Shown here one piece after another: positions 62,318 to 64,000 of a DNA stretch of 64,000 nucleotides. Each line of letters opens with the position of its first letter. The stretch's first letter is position 1. The DNA is taken from IMG/VR virus record IMGVR_UViG_3300045988_156465; one strand, given 5' to 3'. Origin of the DNA: a virus. The notes below the pieces were generated by a model. It did not search any database. It worked only from the letters and a program-made list of their open reading frames with translations, and was not told where the DNA came from. The translations under genes were made by a program, and so were the position numbers.

Positions 62318-62333
62318 GAAAGGGGATGGCAGC

Positions 62334-62624
62334 ATGGAAGCAATAGAAAAAATGGTGCAGGAGGCACTGGATAGCACGAAATCCGCACACAAGCGCATTG
62401 ACCGCATGGAGAAGCGGCAGGACAACCTTGACGGATTGACAAAGGCGTTTTCAGTCCTGCAAAACGAGCAGGAGCATATCAAAACGGATGTAGGGGAAAT
62501 CAAGGATGATGTGAAGCAGTTGGTTTCTAAGTCGGCAAAGCGTTGGGATGGGCTGATTGATAAGGTGATTGCGGTGGTTGTCGGTGCGGTGCTTGGGTTC
62601 CTGCTGAACGGTGGCGGTTTTTAA
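62334..62624 (+). CDS. XhlA-like membrane protein
   Basis: Coiled-coil N-terminal part with a C-terminal TM segment VIAVVVGAVLGFLL. Lies upstream of the holins. Confidence 0.55.
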   Translation: MEAIEKMVQEALDSTKSAHKRIDRMEKRQDNLDGLTKAFSVLQNEQEHIKTDVGEIKDDVKQLVSKSAKRWDGLIDKVIAVVVGAVLGFLLNGGGF

Positions 62625-62896
62625 TGAAAAAACGCAGACGGATTCGTTTTCCACCAAAGATAAACGATGATACCATGTCCAGCATTGTGATTTATTCGTT
62701 GGTATTCTGCGCAGGAATCACGATTGCAGGCATGGTATTAGGTGCATTTGGCCATGATGTGAGTGCTGTGGTTGACAGTACGCATCGCGTATTTGGGACA
62801 GAATTAGGCATCTGTGGGCTGATGAAGCTGTACGATAAGGGTGTGGAGCAGGCAGAACGCAGGAAGCGGCGAGCAGAAGGGAAGGAGATTGAATAA
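62624..62896 (+). CDS. Putative holin/membrane protein
   Basis: TM segment SSIVIYSLVFCAGITIAGMVLGAF; charged C-terminus; located in the lysis cassette. Confidence 0.45.
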   Translation: MKKRRRIRFPPKINDDTMSSIVIYSLVFCAGITIAGMVLGAFGHDVSAVVDSTHRVFGTELGICGLMKLYDKGVEQAERRKRRAEGKEIE

Positions 62897-63237
62897 TGTT
62901 TTTAATGGAAAATTGGTATCTGGTTGTTGCGTTGATGGCAGTCACTGGGATGGTCGGTGTATTCATCGGGCGGTTTCTGAAAATGCCAACATCCGAGCAG
63001 AGGGAAAGAGTCAAGGAATGGCTGCTGTGGGCGGTCACGCAGGCAGAGGCGGAGCTGGGCAGCGGCACAGGCAAGCTGAAGCTGCGGCAGACCTACGATT
63101 TATTCATCCAGCGATTTCCTGCATTGGCTATGGCGGTATCCTTCGATACCTTCTCCCTGTGGGTGGATGAGGCACTGGAGGAAATGCGAAAGCTGCTGAA
63201 GGAAAATAAAACAGTCAGAGAGCTTGTAAAGGGGTGA
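62896..63237 (+). CDS. LL-H-family holin-like protein
   Basis: N-terminal TM segment LVVALMAVTGMVGVFIG, then VKEWLLWAVTQAEAELGSGTGKLKLRQ. Confidence 0.55.
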   Translation: MFLMENWYLVVALMAVTGMVGVFIGRFLKMPTSEQRERVKEWLLWAVTQAEAELGSGTGKLKLRQTYDLFIQRFPALAMAVSFDTFSLWVDEALEEMRKLLKENKTVRELVKG

Positions 63238-63241
63238 TTAT

Positions 63242-63874
63242 ATGGCGAAAAAAATGACAGGCAAGGAGCTGGTAGCCTTCTGCCGCTCCAAAATCGGCAT
63301 GCCCTATGTTTACGGCATGAAGGGCAAGGTTATGACGGAGCAGAACTATAAATTTCTGAAAAACACCTATGGGAAAATGGTCTGGCTGAGTGACAGGGAG
63401 AAAATCGGCAAGGTCTGCGTGGATTGCAGCGGACTGATTTCGTGGGCGTGTGGCGTGACGCTCGGTTCGGGCCAGTGGAAGGCAAGGGCAACCAAAATCA
63501 ACCCCATTTCCACCATTGAAAAAGCACCCATCGGGGCGTTGGTCTGGATGCAGGGGCATATCGGGGTTTATACCGGCATGAAGAATGGGCATCCGTATTA
63601 TGTGGCGGCGGATGGATCGGCTTACGGCGTGCGAGAAGTCCCCCTGCGGTGCAATAAATTCACACATTGGCTGTTGGTTGAGGATGTATTTCAATACGAA
63701 ATGAGGGATGATGAAGTGGTAGAAAAATGCAAAATGATTATCAATGGGAAGGAGTATACGGTGGAACGGATCCTGAAGGATGGAACAAATTATATCAAAA
63801 TTCGGGATGTGGCGGATGCTATCGGGTATAATGTTACCAGTAAGGGCAGCGTTGCGGTGTTGACGAAGAAATGA
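63242..63874 (+). CDS. Endolysin: NlpC/P60 (C40) peptidase with a Cu-amine-oxidase-N-like wall-binding domain
   Basis: MPYVYGMKG...VDCSGLISW (catalytic Cys)...GHIGVY (His). C-terminal INGKEYTVERILKDGTNYIKIRDVADAIGYNV. Confidence 0.8.
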   Translation: MAKKMTGKELVAFCRSKIGMPYVYGMKGKVMTEQNYKFLKNTYGKMVWLSDREKIGKVCVDCSGLISWACGVTLGSGQWKARATKINPISTIEKAPIGALVWMQGHIGVYTGMKNGHPYYVAADGSAYGVREVPLRCNKFTHWLLVEDVFQYEMRDDEVVEKCKMIINGKEYTVERILKDGTNYIKIRDVADAIGYNVTSKGSVAVLTKK

Positions 63875-63951
63875 TAAGTATACTTGCAATTTTACATAGG
63901 TAAAATGTAAAATACAGATAAAGTCCCATCAATGGCATGATGGGGCACTCT

Positions 63952-64000
63952 GGATTCTTAGCTCAGTTGGTTAGAGCATCCGGCTCATAACCGGACGGTC
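63952..64000 (+). tRNA. tRNA with a CAT anticodon (Met or lysidine-type Ile2), 3' part cut by the window edge
   Basis: GGATTCT-TA-GCTC-AGTTGGTTA-GAGC-A-TCCGG-CTCATAA-CCGGA-CGGTC gives the acceptor, D-arm and anticodon arm with CAU. It resembles ileX-type sequences. Confidence 0.8.

Larger units (their letters stand above)
31462..63874. mobile_element. Complete siphovirus-type prophage 2 (limits defined by genes; att sites not identified)
   Basis: Integrase, ImmR/ImmA switch, replication, packaging, head, tail and lysis modules in canonical order. Confidence 0.85.

Noticed and set aside
63952-64000. The tRNA as the integration target of prophage 2
   Set aside because: The tRNA's 5' end faces the prophage and the integrase is at the far end. 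tRNA-targeting phages normally duplicate the tRNA 3' end next to int. The 3' part lies outside the window, so this cannot be resolved.

Overview
This window looks like a low-to-mid-GC Firmicutes (Clostridia-like) chromosome segment; that taxonomic call is inferred from gene content and Shine-Dalgarno usage and has not been verified. Two unrelated temperate-phage-like elements flank a short piece of host DNA. (1) Positions 1..~27985 hold an AT-rich prophage-like element. Its visible part contains several XRE and ribbon-helix-helix (RHH) regulators with operator arrays, two ORF6N antirepressors, morons, and a recombination module (Rad50/SbcC-like ATPase, RecT-like, MBL hydrolase, SSB). It also carries two DNA methyltransferases flanking a GIY-YIG nuclease, a replisome-organizer plus G39P-like loader, and a sigma-r4/excisionase-like protein followed by a tyrosine integrase at the right end. 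No virion structural genes are visible. A terminase-small-subunit-like gene lies on the opposite strand at the left edge. (2) Positions 28121..30955 are the host trkA-trkH potassium uptake operon with terminators. (3) Positions 31462..63874 are a complete siphovirus-type prophage. In order it has integrase, a DUF4236 membrane moron, an ImmA/ImmR-type switch, Cro-like regulators, and a low-GC XRE/HNH cassette. The replication module follows: ATPase, DUF669 protein, ERCC4-like nuclease, and an SF3 helicase with a downstream iteron origin. Next come MazG and a late sigma-like activator, then TerS, TerL, portal, a MuF protein fused to an ADP-ribosyltransferase, scaffold, capsid, connectors, major tail, chaperone, Gp15, tape measure and Dit. 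The order then departs from the norm with a Hol-Tox cassette, a BppU/glycine-rich fiber, XkdW/X-like genes and Tal, and it ends with XhlA, holins and an NlpC/P60 endolysin. A tRNA with a CAT anticodon starts at 63952 and is cut by the window edge. The most interesting signals are as follows. A type I toxin-antitoxin-like cassette sits inside the tail operon. The MuF-ART polymorphic toxin is followed by an AT-rich immunity-like gene string. SSB C-terminal tip motifs occur on non-SSB proteins. A small protein ends in a perfect RAMP-type glycine-rich loop and follows a 350-bp ORF-free repeat region. A zinc-hook Rad50-like ATPase is coupled to an octapeptide beta-solenoid protein. A promoter-leader-terminator unit sits in front of terS. 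Both prophages share a small-gene cassette. All functional calls come from motif recognition by eye; no database search was run.
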